The position numbers and the translations under genes were made by a program. A stretch of 64,000 nucleotides of DNA from a virus, in the IMG/VR virus record IMGVR_UViG_3300027849_000009. One strand, 5' to 3'. The notes under the pieces are model-generated. The model saw only the letters and a list, made by a program, of their open reading frames with translations, was not told where the DNA came from and ran no database searches. This document shows, in pieces, positions 19,560-28,689 of this stretch. Within the stretch, counting starts at the first letter, position 1. Each line of letters begins with the position of its first letter.

Positions 19560-19950
19560 GACCTATAAGATTGAAGCGGCAAACAAAAAGTGTGTAAGAC
19601 TCTCTGATTGTTATGAACATGATAACGGCGATGAAGTCTGGTTGCAAAAGATATATCGCAATGGTGCATTTATTATTACACCTCAAGATTGGGATGAATG
19701 TGATGCAATTCAGGCAGCACTAGACGGTGATGTTATTTCACTTGACGAGTTTTCAGAATGGGAATTTGATTCAGTGTATGATTTATGCTCCGAAGATTCG
19801 ATAGGCGACACCGAGAAGATGGATGAAGCACTTGACACTGATGATTGGGATGACGAAGAAGAGTGGTTAGAAAACAACGACTTCAATAACACCAAGTCCT
19901 TCTACGAAATTCAAGATGGTATAATCCTGAGTGATGACGAACATTCATGA
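19534..19950 (+). CDS. Highly acidic hypothetical protein
   Basis: 40 D/E in 138 aa. Confidence 0.65.
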   Translation: MRSMIVPDKTYKIEAANKKCVRLSDCYEHDNGDEVWLQKIYRNGAFIITPQDWDECDAIQAALDGDVISLDEFSEWEFDSVYDLCSEDSIGDTEKMDEALDTDDWDDEEEWLENNDFNNTKSFYEIQDGIILSDDEHS

Positions 19951-19996
19951 GATAAATGGTTAAACTGTTGACAACCTCTCGCTTTCTTGATATAAT
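19921..19996 (+). promoter_or_regulatory. Early promoter, family B copy 2
   Basis: ATAA-N7-TGAT-N7-ATTC-N7-AAAT, 10 nt, TTGACA-N17-TATAAT. Confidence 0.85.
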
Positions 19997-20031
19997 AGTA
20001 CCCTAATCAAATGAAGAGAGTGAGAAAGATT

Positions 20032-20397
20032 ATGTGTGGAACTTATACTGGTGAACATGAAGAGACTAAACCCACTAATGAATTTAGATATGCAAACTAC
20101 TACGGTTACTCGGACGTTAGTCCGTATGAGATTACTAAAGTAATTTCTAGGCAAACTATGGAAGTTCGTCCTATGCGGGCGACTCTTGATCCTAACTTCA
20201 AATGTGAAACAGTTGTCGGTGGATTCTTCGGACACACTACTAACAACAACTCTCAAACTTACACCTACGAATCACTTGCAGATGCTCCTACGATGAGAAT
20301 TCGATACAGCAAAGCGAAACGTGGTTGGTTCTCTGCTTGCGGTCAACGTCATCTTTTAGAAGATGCTCCTGTTCGCTTTTATGACTATAACTTTTAA
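20032..20397 (+). CDS. Early hypothetical protein
   Basis: First gene after promoter; ends ...FYDYNF. Confidence 0.7.
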   Translation: MCGTYTGEHEETKPTNEFRYANYYGYSDVSPYEITKVISRQTMEVRPMRATLDPNFKCETVVGGFFGHTTNNNSQTYTYESLADAPTMRIRYSKAKRGWFSACGQRHLLEDAPVRFYDYNF

Positions 20398-20407
20398 GGA
20401 GATTGAA

Positions 20408-20629
20408 ATGAGTAGAATGATCCAGAATGCAGTTGCGGTTGACAAAGTTCATAAACTAGTTGACCAGATGACAAAACTTATCGAGAAGCAAGGTGCTGAT
20501 CAGTATCAGATTAACGATTCCTCGTACTCTCTTGGTTATCTCAAGGGTATGTTGACCACGCTATGCTGTAAGAATCCTCAAGTACTTGACCACGTTATCG
20601 ATACGATTGACTATTTAGAAGAAGCATAA
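20408..20629 (+). CDS. Hypothetical protein
   Basis: AAGGAG SD. Confidence 0.65.
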   Translation: MSRMIQNAVAVDKVHKLVDQMTKLIEKQGADQYQINDSSYSLGYLKGMLTTLCCKNPQVLDHVIDTIDYLEEA

Positions 20630-20631
20630 AA

Positions 20632-20697
20632 GGTTATGTTCTTATAACAAAGTATTCTAAGTGAAGTGTTGACAGCACCCTTAGAATATGAGATAAT
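20632..20697 (+). promoter_or_regulatory. Early promoter, family A copy 2
   Basis: TTATAACaaagtATTCTAA; TTGACA(20669)-N17-GATAAT; ATTCTAAG/CTTAGAAT inverted repeat around the -35. Confidence 0.8.
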
Positions 20698-20728
20698 GGT
20701 TGTACAAATTGAGTTGAGAGAGTTTATT

Positions 20729-21139
20729 ATGTTTTGTATTGAAGGTCGTCATGCCAAACCAGAAATCGTCGAAGAGTATGTTGCGCGTCTTATGGGCGCT
20801 CTAAAAATTCATCGATTCACTTCTAAGTTGGTAACAGTCAAGTTCAAATCTGAACTGCCTAGTTACGCTCAAGGTCTATGTGAGGGCGATAAAGATTACG
20901 CCTACATTCAGATCGGCAAGTTTGATCAGACCTTCCTTCAACAGATGCAAGCACTCGCTCACGAGATGGTTCATGCTCGACAGTTTTTACGTGGTCAATT
21001 GACTGCTGAAGGTGTGTGGAAGTGGAAGGGTCGCAATGCTGACAACTACGCTTACACTAACCAACCTTGGGAGAAAGAAGCATATCGCCTTGAGCGTGAA
21101 CTCTTTCTCGATTGTTTCCCCTTTGAGAAGATGGTATAA
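20729..21139 (+). CDS. HEXXH zinc metallopeptidase-like protein
   Basis: LAHEMVHARQ...PWEKEAY. Confidence 0.75.
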   Translation: MFCIEGRHAKPEIVEEYVARLMGALKIHRFTSKLVTVKFKSELPSYAQGLCEGDKDYAYIQIGKFDQTFLQQMQALAHEMVHARQFLRGQLTAEGVWKWKGRNADNYAYTNQPWEKEAYRLERELFLDCFPFEKMV

Positions 21140-21141
21140 TT

Positions 21142-21576
21142 ATGGGACATTATGACGAACAACGCGAAGCAGATCGAAAGCAAAATATGCCACCGAATCT
21201 TATTCGCAATGCAATACAAACGCCTGACGGCACGATCTTAGAATCGACACATCGGCACGACTACAAAGAATATAAGGATGCCAATGGGTTGACTTATATG
21301 GTTGATGGTGGATTAGAATACTGTAGACGTAATCGACAAGACTCTGAACCTTATATTGAAATGAATCTGTATGATGATGAACCACATTCTGTACAGCGTG
21401 AAGTTCTGAAGTGGGGAACGTATGGTATCAATGGTGATCAACCACTCAAATGGTTATCTGTCGCTGAAATGGAGACTGGTCACATTGAAGCAGTGGTAAA
21501 GATGTCGAATGTGAGACCACAAATACGTGACTGTATGAAAGAAGAACTCGGACAACGGGAGATGAGTGGTGAATAA
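21142..21576 (+). CDS. Hypothetical protein
   Basis: ES.HRHDY, VDGG..Y.RR. Confidence 0.65.
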   Translation: MGHYDEQREADRKQNMPPNLIRNAIQTPDGTILESTHRHDYKEYKDANGLTYMVDGGLEYCRRNRQDSEPYIEMNLYDDEPHSVQREVLKWGTYGINGDQPLKWLSVAEMETGHIEAVVKMSNVRPQIRDCMKEELGQREMSGE

Positions 21577-21931
21577 ATTAGAAACTGCATTTGAACGTCT
21601 ACGTGCCGAGGGTTGGTATTGTGCATGGGGTTTACCTTGCTGTCAGACTTGCGCATGGGATGAAGTATCCTGCGAAGATGATATTGATCTCGAAAAGGTA
21701 TTGTTCAATCACGAGCAGGATATCGAAGAAGAAGTGGATTATGATGATGATGAAATGGAGTGGGATCGGCACTTCTACGAAATTGATGCTATCAATGGAA
21801 GTCTGTTTTGTTTCAGCGGAAGTAAAGAGGGTGTTAAAAATCTCATCGAAGTGTTGCCTATCTTTGAAGAGTGTGGAGTAAAGGTGCTTTGGAATCAGAA
21901 TGGTAATTCCAGAATAGAGTTGGAATGGTAA
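21566..21931 (+). CDS. Acidic hypothetical protein
   Basis: CCQTCAW motif, D/E-rich centre. Confidence 0.6.
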   Translation: MVNKLETAFERLRAEGWYCAWGLPCCQTCAWDEVSCEDDIDLEKVLFNHEQDIEEEVDYDDDEMEWDRHFYEIDAINGSLFCFSGSKEGVKNLIEVLPIFEECGVKVLWNQNGNSRIELEW

Positions 21932-21934
21932 TAT

Positions 21935-22411
21935 ATGACTAAGAGTATTATAGTCGTGGATGATTTTCTCGAGGAACATATCATTGATTTGATGATAGAG
22001 TTCTATGATTCGAGTGCCTATATTCCTGATTATGATAAGTTAAGCAAACTCGACTGTGGTGAATGGAAACCTTCTAACGAATTAGTTCAACACGTTTGGG
22101 ATGCGCAGAATGAGCAGTCGATGAAAATTGCGAATGCTGTAGTACATTGGGGAGACATCTATCGCTGGCCGATTGGTTCTGATATGGGTCTCCATAATGA
22201 TGTAGCGAGTAAACATACTGTATTCACCTCGATATTATATTTGAATGATGATTTCGAAGGTGGGTTTACAGAGTTTGCGGACGGTACAAGAGTAGCACCG
22301 AAGAAAGGACGTATTGTGTTCTATGATGGAATACATTACTGGCACAAAGTAACACCGATAACGAAAGGAATACGATACACATTTGCATCGTGGTACCGAA
22401 CAAACAATTAA
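21935..22411 (+). CDS. 2OG-Fe(II) oxygenase (prolyl-4-hydroxylase-like)
   Basis: HxD (HND), LYLNDDFEGG, H.V..I..G.RY. Confidence 0.85.
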   Translation: MTKSIIVVDDFLEEHIIDLMIEFYDSSAYIPDYDKLSKLDCGEWKPSNELVQHVWDAQNEQSMKIANAVVHWGDIYRWPIGSDMGLHNDVASKHTVFTSILYLNDDFEGGFTEFADGTRVAPKKGRIVFYDGIHYWHKVTPITKGIRYTFASWYRTNN

Positions 22412-22432
22412 ATTTAATAATGAGGCAGTAAA

Positions 22433-22678
22433 ATGATTAGTAGTCCAGCAGACCGTAAGAAAGTAAAAGACTCCATCAAAGAGTTATCCGATTCAATGCT
22501 ACGTGTTGATAGTGAGAAAGATTTGCAGAAAGACATCGTTCAGGTGACGTTCGAAGATACTGGTGTTGATAAGAAGCATATCCGCAAACTTGCGGTGATC
22601 TATCATAAGCAATCAATGAATGATGTTAAGTCAGACTACGAAGACCTCGAAGCACTGTACGACGAATTGTTCAAATAA
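22433..22678 (+). CDS. dsDNA-binding protein DsbA-like
   Basis: IKELSDSM.R...K.IRKLA..YHKQ...LY..LF. Confidence 0.65.
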   Translation: MISSPADRKKVKDSIKELSDSMLRVDSEKDLQKDIVQVTFEDTGVDKKHIRKLAVIYHKQSMNDVKSDYEDLEALYDELFK

Positions 22679-22682
22679 GTGG

Positions 22683-22711
22683 TTGCATATGACACAAGGA
22701 TGTGTTATAAT
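22683..22711 (+). promoter_or_regulatory. Sigma70-type promoter
   Basis: TTGCAT-N17-TATAAT. Confidence 0.6.
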
Positions 22712-22735
22712 ATCATATATTATGAGGAGTTAGTG

Positions 22736-22921
22736 ATGGGACGTTCACAGTCAAAAAGAAGCAATCGTAAGAATACCGCGAAGGATTTCAGTAACACTAA
22801 TCCAGTAGCAAAGAACATGGAGAAGTTCAACAAACCTGCTACACACGTTGATAAGAAGAAAGAATCTAAGATCAAGGGTCTCGATATAGATAAAGCGTGG
22901 TTAGACGATGAAATACGGTAG
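22736..22921 (+). CDS. Basic hypothetical protein
   Basis: GAGGAG SD; NPVAKNM. Confidence 0.6.
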   Translation: MGRSQSKRSNRKNTAKDFSNTNPVAKNMEKFNKPATHVDKKKESKIKGLDIDKAWLDDEIR

Positions 22922-23216
22922 CATGACACACGACTTTCATGGTCGTAAAATCAAAAAGAAGAAAGCACGAGGTGTTGTATATGACAAGTACACACCACCA
23001 GCATTCAAAGAATTAGTTACTAGTGATGGACCCTACCAGAGAGAGACTAAGGTTTATAAATCTCTTGATGTTGGTACTGGTAATACTGAAAGAAAGGAAC
23101 GAATGAACTATACTGGCACTCTTATCAAAGGTATTGCTACCATGCATAAGAGCAATGCGGTGCCAATCCTCAATCAACAAGATGCAATAGACATTGCAAA
23201 CATGAGAAGATCCTGA
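22908..23216 (+). CDS. Conserved hypothetical protein
   Basis: YTGTLIKGIATMHKSNAVP. Confidence 0.7.
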   Translation: MKYGSMTHDFHGRKIKKKKARGVVYDKYTPPAFKELVTSDGPYQRETKVYKSLDVGTGNTERKERMNYTGTLIKGIATMHKSNAVPILNQQDAIDIANMRRS

Positions 23217-23220
23217 TATA

Positions 23221-23400
23221 ATGGTAGATTATACACTGAAGACTAACTGGGATTGCCTAGCGACTCTGACGAAAAAGATTGAAGATGATAAGAAGTCCAA
23301 AGAGAAAGTGATTTCTTTTGATGGACTTACGTTGACTACCAACAAGTTTACATATACGTTATTTGCTGGTGAATTGAATAGAAAGAAGAGGACTAAATGA
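23221..23400 (+). CDS. Small hypothetical protein (59 aa, not in track)
   Basis: MVDYTLKTNWD...; fills the gap and its stop overlaps the next ATG. Confidence 0.5.
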   Translation: MVDYTLKTNWDCLATLTKKIEDDKKSKEKVISFDGLTLTTNKFTYTLFAGELNRKKRTK

Positions 23401-23630
23401 TGGCAGAACGATATCGCGAAGAAACTACTGATTGGGGTGATTACAAGATAAGCAATCACATATATATTACTATGGGTGAGCAATTGTTAGGTTATATACC
23501 CAAAGGCGGTAAAGAGATGCGATTCTCTAAACCGAAGAAGCAATGGTCAGTATCGCGACGAAAGTTTCGTGAACTCACCAAGAAAGAAATAGCGTGGGTA
23601 AAAGAAAATGGTAACATACCGCAAAGTTAG
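23397..23630 (+). CDS. Hypothetical protein
   Basis: GAGG SD; E.T.W...NHIY. Confidence 0.6.
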   Translation: MMAERYREETTDWGDYKISNHIYITMGEQLLGYIPKGGKEMRFSKPKKQWSVSRRKFRELTKKEIAWVKENGNIPQS

Positions 23631-23982
23631 TATATTAGCACTAGCAATATTAATATCTGGATGTAATTTATTACCAGACAACTTCGATAATCAAGAGTTT
23701 GGTTATCTCGCAGAACTTCATGTATCTGCATCCGTAACACCAAGTCCCTGTGATCAAGACGAACTAAAAGAAATACATCGTCTAGCATCCGTTCTCACTA
23801 CATACAGTGAACATACACTAAATGACAATACCACACTAATCTATAGTGAGATTCAAAGTCTCACGGGTGAGTTGTTGGACAGGGAATCACCTAGTAGAAC
23901 CTACTGTAAAATGAAACGAAAGAGTATCCGACAAGTGACTGACACAGCACTATCGGTATTCGGAACGAGGATAAAGAAATGA
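23608..23982 (+). CDS. Lipoprotein
   Basis: Lipobox LISGC. Confidence 0.65.
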   Translation: MVTYRKVSILALAILISGCNLLPDNFDNQEFGYLAELHVSASVTPSPCDQDELKEIHRLASVLTTYSEHTLNDNTTLIYSEIQSLTGELLDRESPSRTYCKMKRKSIRQVTDTALSVFGTRIKK

Positions 23983-24200
23983 GTGCATTATTAGACGATT
24001 GGGAAAAGAAAGCAGAAGTTCATATTCATGAGTTGAAGAGTTACTTGGATAATGGTGAACTTGCACAAGATGAATATGACGAGTTAGTAAAAGATGTTGT
24101 TGATACATCTACTATTGTCGGACTACTTGATACAGAAAACGATCGGATCATTATGGCGAAGATTGCAGAAGGACTAATGGTTCTTGCAGGTGCGCTATGA
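23979..24200 (+). CDS. Hypothetical protein
   Basis: Coupled ORF. Confidence 0.6.
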   Translation: MSALLDDWEKKAEVHIHELKSYLDNGELAQDEYDELVKDVVDTSTIVGLLDTENDRIIMAKIAEGLMVLAGAL

Positions 24201-24589
24201 TAAGTAAAATACTGTTCGGTGTGATACTGAGTGGTTCTATAGGTTTCTATCTGTTCTATACGTTTGCGCATCTACCATTAGTCACTAAGGTGGAGCAACA
24301 GCAGTTAGTTCTACAGGCACAAGAGTTTCGCCAGCAAGAACAGATTGCTACTATAGACGCACTTCAGAACAATCTAACCAAGACTAGTGAAGCACTAAGC
24401 ACACAGTCGGCACGTAACTCAGAGATTGAGGGTGAGATGTCTCGATACATGAACATCTTTCGTAGACACAACCTAAGTAAATTAGCGGCAGCAAAACCTG
24501 GACTAATTGAACCACGTATTAACAAGGGGACCAAGAATGTATTTGACAGCATCGAAAAAGATTCTGCTTTTATCAGCGATCTTAATTAG
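24197..24589 (+). CDS. Inner-membrane spanin (Rz-like)
   Basis: N-terminal TM, coiled coil, AKPGLIE.RIN; overlaps a lipoprotein gene. Confidence 0.7.
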   Translation: MISKILFGVILSGSIGFYLFYTFAHLPLVTKVEQQQLVLQAQEFRQQEQIATIDALQNNLTKTSEALSTQSARNSEIEGEMSRYMNIFRRHNLSKLAAAKPGLIEPRINKGTKNVFDSIEKDSAFISDLN

Positions 24590-24929
24590 TACAGGTTGTT
24601 CGTTACTTCCTCAAGCACCTAAAGTTATTCCAGTTGAGATTCGTACTATAGAGGTAAAGATACCTATTGTGCATCCTACTCTGCCTCGTGCAATCGATCT
24701 GAAAGAACCATACTTCTATGTGGTATCAGATAAGAACATGGATACGTTTATCGCAGAGATGGAGAAACTAAATGGTACAGTAGTCTTCACTGCAATGACA
24801 ATTGATGACTATGAGTTGATGGCATATAACATGCAGGAAATAAAACGCTACATAGGACAGTTAAAGGAAGTTGTGGTATACTACCGAACTATTAATGACG
24901 AACCCGAAGAGGTCGTAGAGGAAAAATAA
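24537..24929 (+). CDS. Outer-membrane spanin lipoprotein (Rz1-like)
   Basis: Lipobox ISTGC, Pro-rich segment; overlaps the i-spanin 3' end. Confidence 0.7.
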   Translation: MYLTASKKILLLSAILISTGCSLLPQAPKVIPVEIRTIEVKIPIVHPTLPRAIDLKEPYFYVVSDKNMDTFIAEMEKLNGTVVFTAMTIDDYELMAYNMQEIKRYIGQLKEVVVYYRTINDEPEEVVEEK

Positions 24930-25384
24930 TGTACGATTACAAAGTAAAAATCGTGAGAGTGGTCGATGGCGATACAGTGGATGTTGATATTGACTTAGGT
25001 TTTGGTATCTGGATGCTTAAAGAACGTGTACGTATGATGGGCATCGACACACCTGAATCACGTACTCGCGATAAGGTAGAGAAGAAGTTTGGTCTTGCCG
25101 CTAAGAAACATCTCAAAGAAATGTTAGGTAAGACAGCGATTCTTAGGACTCAGATCGATAGGTCCGGAGAAGACAAGAAAGGTAAGTTCGGTCGTATTCT
25201 AGGGGACTTCGATGTTCAAGTTGAACCATCTATCGGTCAGTATGATACAATGAAGAGTGCTTGCCAGATTATGATTGATGACGGTCATGCAGTATCGTAC
25301 TTCGGTGGTAATAAAGAAGAGAATAAAGCAAAGCATTTAGCGAACCGTGAACGCCTGATTGCCGAAGGTGTTGTCGTTCTATAG
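24929..25384 (+). CDS. Thermonuclease (SNase-like)
   Basis: RVVDGDT, RMMGIDTPES, GKFGRILG. Confidence 0.85.
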   Translation: MYDYKVKIVRVVDGDTVDVDIDLGFGIWMLKERVRMMGIDTPESRTRDKVEKKFGLAAKKHLKEMLGKTAILRTQIDRSGEDKKGKFGRILGDFDVQVEPSIGQYDTMKSACQIMIDDGHAVSYFGGNKEENKAKHLANRERLIAEGVVVL

Positions 25385-25391
25385 ATCGAAA

Positions 25392-25477
25392 GGTTATATG
25401 CATATAACAAAATACTCTAAAAATAGTGTTATTAAATCATAATAATGCTTGTGGATGTTACTCTCTCGTGTTATAAT
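25392..25477 (+). promoter_or_regulatory. Early promoter, family A copy 3
   Basis: ATATAACaaaatACTCTAA; weak -35 TTGTGG(25449)-N17-TATAAT. Confidence 0.65.
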
Positions 25478-25508
25478 GGTACCTCATTAGACAGAGAGAG
25501 TAACTACC

Positions 25509-26138
25509 ATGTTCATGAAGATCGCAGATTCTACCCTTTACGAGATGTACGTAACTAAGCATCAAATCAAGCAGAACAAAGGCGAAGCACGTGGTTCTAA
25601 GGACATGGAGCGCACCAAGTGCTACGATGCAGAGTGGAGATTCCAACGCTCTGTTCAGATCCCTCTATTCAAGTCTATCGCAGAAGCAGAAAAATTCACT
25701 AAGAAAATCTACAAGTCTAAGTTGTGGGAGAAGATGTGGAAAGAATCTGTCGAGAACAATGTCGGTAGAATCTTCAACAACTATCCTGACGTAGTACAGA
25801 TGAAGCGCGCCTCAGGAAGAACTGCTGGTTCTACTAACGGTAAGACTGTATACTTAAATGTCAATTCTGGTTTAGATATGTACACTTTGTTGCACGAACT
25901 TGCTCACACTCTTGGTCACATGCACCACGGACGTTCGTTTCGTCAAGCACTGTTGAAACTTGTAGGACAGTTCATGGGTGCCAAGTTCAAGAAAGTTCTA
26001 GCAGAATCATTCAAGAAAAACAAACTCAAGTGTGGCGATGCTCGTAAAGCAATGTCATTTGAGAACTGGGTTGCTTCTCGTGATCGAATGGAGAAGATTC
26101 GTCAAGAGAAAGGAATAGGGGAGTTCGCACCATTATGA
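25509..26138 (+). CDS. HEXXH metallopeptidase-like protein
   Basis: LLHELAH...HHGRSF. Confidence 0.7.
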   Translation: MFMKIADSTLYEMYVTKHQIKQNKGEARGSKDMERTKCYDAEWRFQRSVQIPLFKSIAEAEKFTKKIYKSKLWEKMWKESVENNVGRIFNNYPDVVQMKRASGRTAGSTNGKTVYLNVNSGLDMYTLLHELAHTLGHMHHGRSFRQALLKLVGQFMGAKFKKVLAESFKKNKLKCGDARKAMSFENWVASRDRMEKIRQEKGIGEFAPL

Positions 26139-26503
26139 GACCAATATGCTTAAATTACGGTTGTGAGAAACTAGTGACCCATAACGGTAGCAGATGGCGA
26201 TCCTTCTGTGCCCGTTGTCATCGTGCTGGATATGGTGCCGCGACACTAGCAGAAGGTGTAACTGCATTCAAGACTGGTGTGTGTAGTAATCAGAACGGTC
26301 AACTTGGATTCGGATGTGCAATCGATTATGTTAAAGCACCGTGGGCATTGGGACAGACTCAGATCGATCATATATCTGGTGACTACTTTCATAACGATCC
26401 AATCAACTGTATGGAACTATGTGATATGTGCCATACTTACAAGGGTAAACTGTCAGGCGATTTCAAGCGACAGAATAAATATATGTATAAAAAAACGAAA
26501 TAA
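26135..26503 (+). CDS. Zn-finger/HNH-type protein
   Basis: C..C pairs, QIDHISGDYFHNDPINCMELCDMCH. Confidence 0.7.
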   Translation: MRPICLNYGCEKLVTHNGSRWRSFCARCHRAGYGAATLAEGVTAFKTGVCSNQNGQLGFGCAIDYVKAPWALGQTQIDHISGDYFHNDPINCMELCDMCHTYKGKLSGDFKRQNKYMYKKTK

Positions 26504-26515
26504 ACTGAGAAATAT

Positions 26516-26545
26516 GTTGCAATTACATATTACCTATGTTATAAT
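26516..26545 (+). promoter_or_regulatory. Sigma70-type promoter
   Basis: TTGCAA...TGTTATAAT upstream of a GAGAG SD. Confidence 0.55.
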
Positions 26546-26577
26546 AACACTTCATTAATGAGAAAGAGAGATATATT

Positions 26578-27540
26578 ATGAGTCATGAATTAGAGATTGT
26601 AAACGGTAAAGCACAAATGGCATATGCAGGACAAGTTCCTTGGCATGGTCTCGGTACTAAAGTATCTACAGATTTGTCTCCGAGAGAGATGATGGTCGAA
26701 GCGGGATTGGATTGGGGTGTGGAGAAACACTCTGCATTGATCAACGTGCGTGGTGAGTTAATTGAGACGGGTCAGGAAGCACTTATCCGTACAGATACCA
26801 ATGCTGTACTAACTAACGTAGGTAAGAACTGGAATCCTGTTCAGAATAGCGAAGCATTCGATTTCTTTGCTGAGTACTGCGCCGCTGGCGATATGGAGAT
26901 GCACACAGCGGGTTCACTAAAGGATGGGCAAATCACTTGGGTTCTTGCTAAAGTAAATGAGTCATTCGATATCCTTGGTGATGATCAAGTAGATTCGTTC
27001 TTGTTACTATCTAACCCACATCAGTATGGCAAAGCAATCAATGTTCGCTTCACTCCTATTCGTGTAGTATGTAACAACACCTTGACCTTCTCACTTAGTG
27101 CGAACTCAAACAATCAAGTAACTATGAATCACCGTTCTAAGTTTAATCCTGATGAAGTTAAAGCACATATGGGAATTGCTCACGACAAGTTTGCTCAGTA
27201 TAAAGAGATGGCGAATTACTTAGGACACAAGCAAGCATCATTCGGTGATTTGATTAACTACTTTAACAACGTGTTCCCAGTTGCTAATGCTGCCGCTCGT
27301 GAAGCGAAATCATACAGTGATTTGTCTCGTACTGCTAAGATAGCGATGGATCAACTTGACACACAACCGGGTGCTGAGTACGGACGCGGATCATGGTGGC
27401 AAGCACTTAATGCAGTGACTTACACAACCGATCACTTGTTGGGTCGCTCTGCTGATACTCGTATGGCGTCTGCATGGTTCGGATCTAATCAAGCGAAGAA
27501 AGTCAAAGCAGTAAACCTCGCAGTTGAGATGGCATCGTAA
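26578..27540 (+). CDS. DUF932 family protein
   Basis: VPWHGLG, PVQNSEAFDFF, TPIRVVCNNTL, W.A.NAVT. Confidence 0.85.
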   Translation: MSHELEIVNGKAQMAYAGQVPWHGLGTKVSTDLSPREMMVEAGLDWGVEKHSALINVRGELIETGQEALIRTDTNAVLTNVGKNWNPVQNSEAFDFFAEYCAAGDMEMHTAGSLKDGQITWVLAKVNESFDILGDDQVDSFLLLSNPHQYGKAINVRFTPIRVVCNNTLTFSLSANSNNQVTMNHRSKFNPDEVKAHMGIAHDKFAQYKEMANYLGHKQASFGDLINYFNNVFPVANAAAREAKSYSDLSRTAKIAMDQLDTQPGAEYGRGSWWQALNAVTYTTDHLLGRSADTRMASAWFGSNQAKKVKAVNLAVEMAS

Positions 27541-27554
27541 TTAACGCCTGAAAA

Positions 27555-27607
27555 ACGTCTTTAGTATAAATATTATAATGATATTCATGTACTAAAGGCG
27601 TTGTTTT
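27555..27607 (+). promoter_or_regulatory. Late promoter with SD-sequestering hairpin
   Basis: TATAAATA 27565-27572; ACGTCTTTAGTA pairs with TACTAAAGGCGT. Confidence 0.7.
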
Positions 27608-28081
27608 ATGATCGATCCTATATCTGCTGTGGCAGTTGCAACATCCGCATACAAAACAATAACTGCAATGCTTTCTGCTGGACGTGAAGTTGAAGATACT
27701 CTCGGTCAGTTAGGAAAATGGTACGGCGCTATCGCTGACTTCAATGAAGCAAAGCGACAAGCAGAAAATCCCCCTCTATTCAAGAAACTATTCTATTCCT
27801 CAAGTATTGAACAAGAGGCGATGAATATGTTCATTCAAGAACGAAAAATCAAAGCACAAGAAAAAGACCTCCGAGAACTATTGACCTTCTGTTTTCCTGG
27901 TGACGCATACAAAGAATTGACGGATATGCGTAGAAAAATAAGGGATCAGCGAGAGAAAACCCAGTACAAGCAAATTCGCCAGAGACAAGCATTTGTTGCC
28001 AATGCAATCAACTGTATACTGATTGTTGTTTTAAGTGCTTTTACGTATGGTATATTTTCAATGATTATAAATAACATATAG
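27608..28081 (+). CDS. Coiled-coil membrane protein
   Basis: Amphipathic N-terminus, coiled coil, C-terminal TM. Confidence 0.75.
   Translation: MIDPISAVAVATSAYKTITAMLSAGREVEDTLGQLGKWYGAIADFNEAKRQAENPPLFKKLFYSSSIEQEAMNMFIQERKIKAQEKDLRELLTFCFPGDAYKELTDMRRKIRDQREKTQYKQIRQRQAFVANAINCILIVVLSAFTYGIFSMIINNI
28066..28073 (+). promoter_or_regulatory. Late promoter
   Basis: TATAAATA 55 nt upstream of 28129. Confidence 0.55.
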
Positions 28082-28128
28082 ATAAGATAAGATAAACAAT
28101 TGAATTAAATGAATGAAAGGTGGAATAA

Positions 28129-28689
28129 ATGAAACATATAATTTGTGTGATGTTAATGGGAATGCTATGCACCATAGCGAATGCACAAGATGCTCCCATT
28201 GATGATACTATCAGAACAGACTCAGTAACAAACAGTACGGTTGATTCAACATCGAGATCAACTACCACGCTGAACTCTCCTCCTGCTTCTGCAATAACTC
28301 CGACTATCAATACGTCAAACTCTGACTTATGTACGTTCGGTGTTGCGGGTGCAATTCAAACACAGATTCTAGGTATCTCTACTGGCACTCAGGTGACAGA
28401 TGATAACTGTGAACGCCTGAAACTTTCGAAGACTCTGTATGATATGGGTATGAAAGTGGCAGCGGTTTCGACGATGTGTCAAGACGAACGAGTATTCAAC
28501 GCTATGATGATGGCAGGCACTCCGTGTCCCTACGATGGTATGATTGGATCAGAAGCAAAGGCAGCATGGGAAGTTAATGCTGAAGAGAAACCAGATGCTA
28601 AAAAAGAAGAGGAGGGACTGACTGATGGTACTAAGACATTATTGGGCGGCGCTGGCGTTGCTAGTTTGCTCTTGTTACTCCTACTCTAA
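28129..28689 (+). CDS. Exported protein with C-terminal membrane anchor
   Basis: Signal peptide (ANA|QD), 4 Cys in mature part, C-terminal LLLLLL. Confidence 0.75.
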   Translation: MKHIICVMLMGMLCTIANAQDAPIDDTIRTDSVTNSTVDSTSRSTTTLNSPPASAITPTINTSNSDLCTFGVAGAIQTQILGISTGTQVTDDNCERLKLSKTLYDMGMKVAAVSTMCQDERVFNAMMMAGTPCPYDGMIGSEAKAAWEVNAEEKPDAKKEEEGLTDGTKTLLGGAGVASLLLLLLL

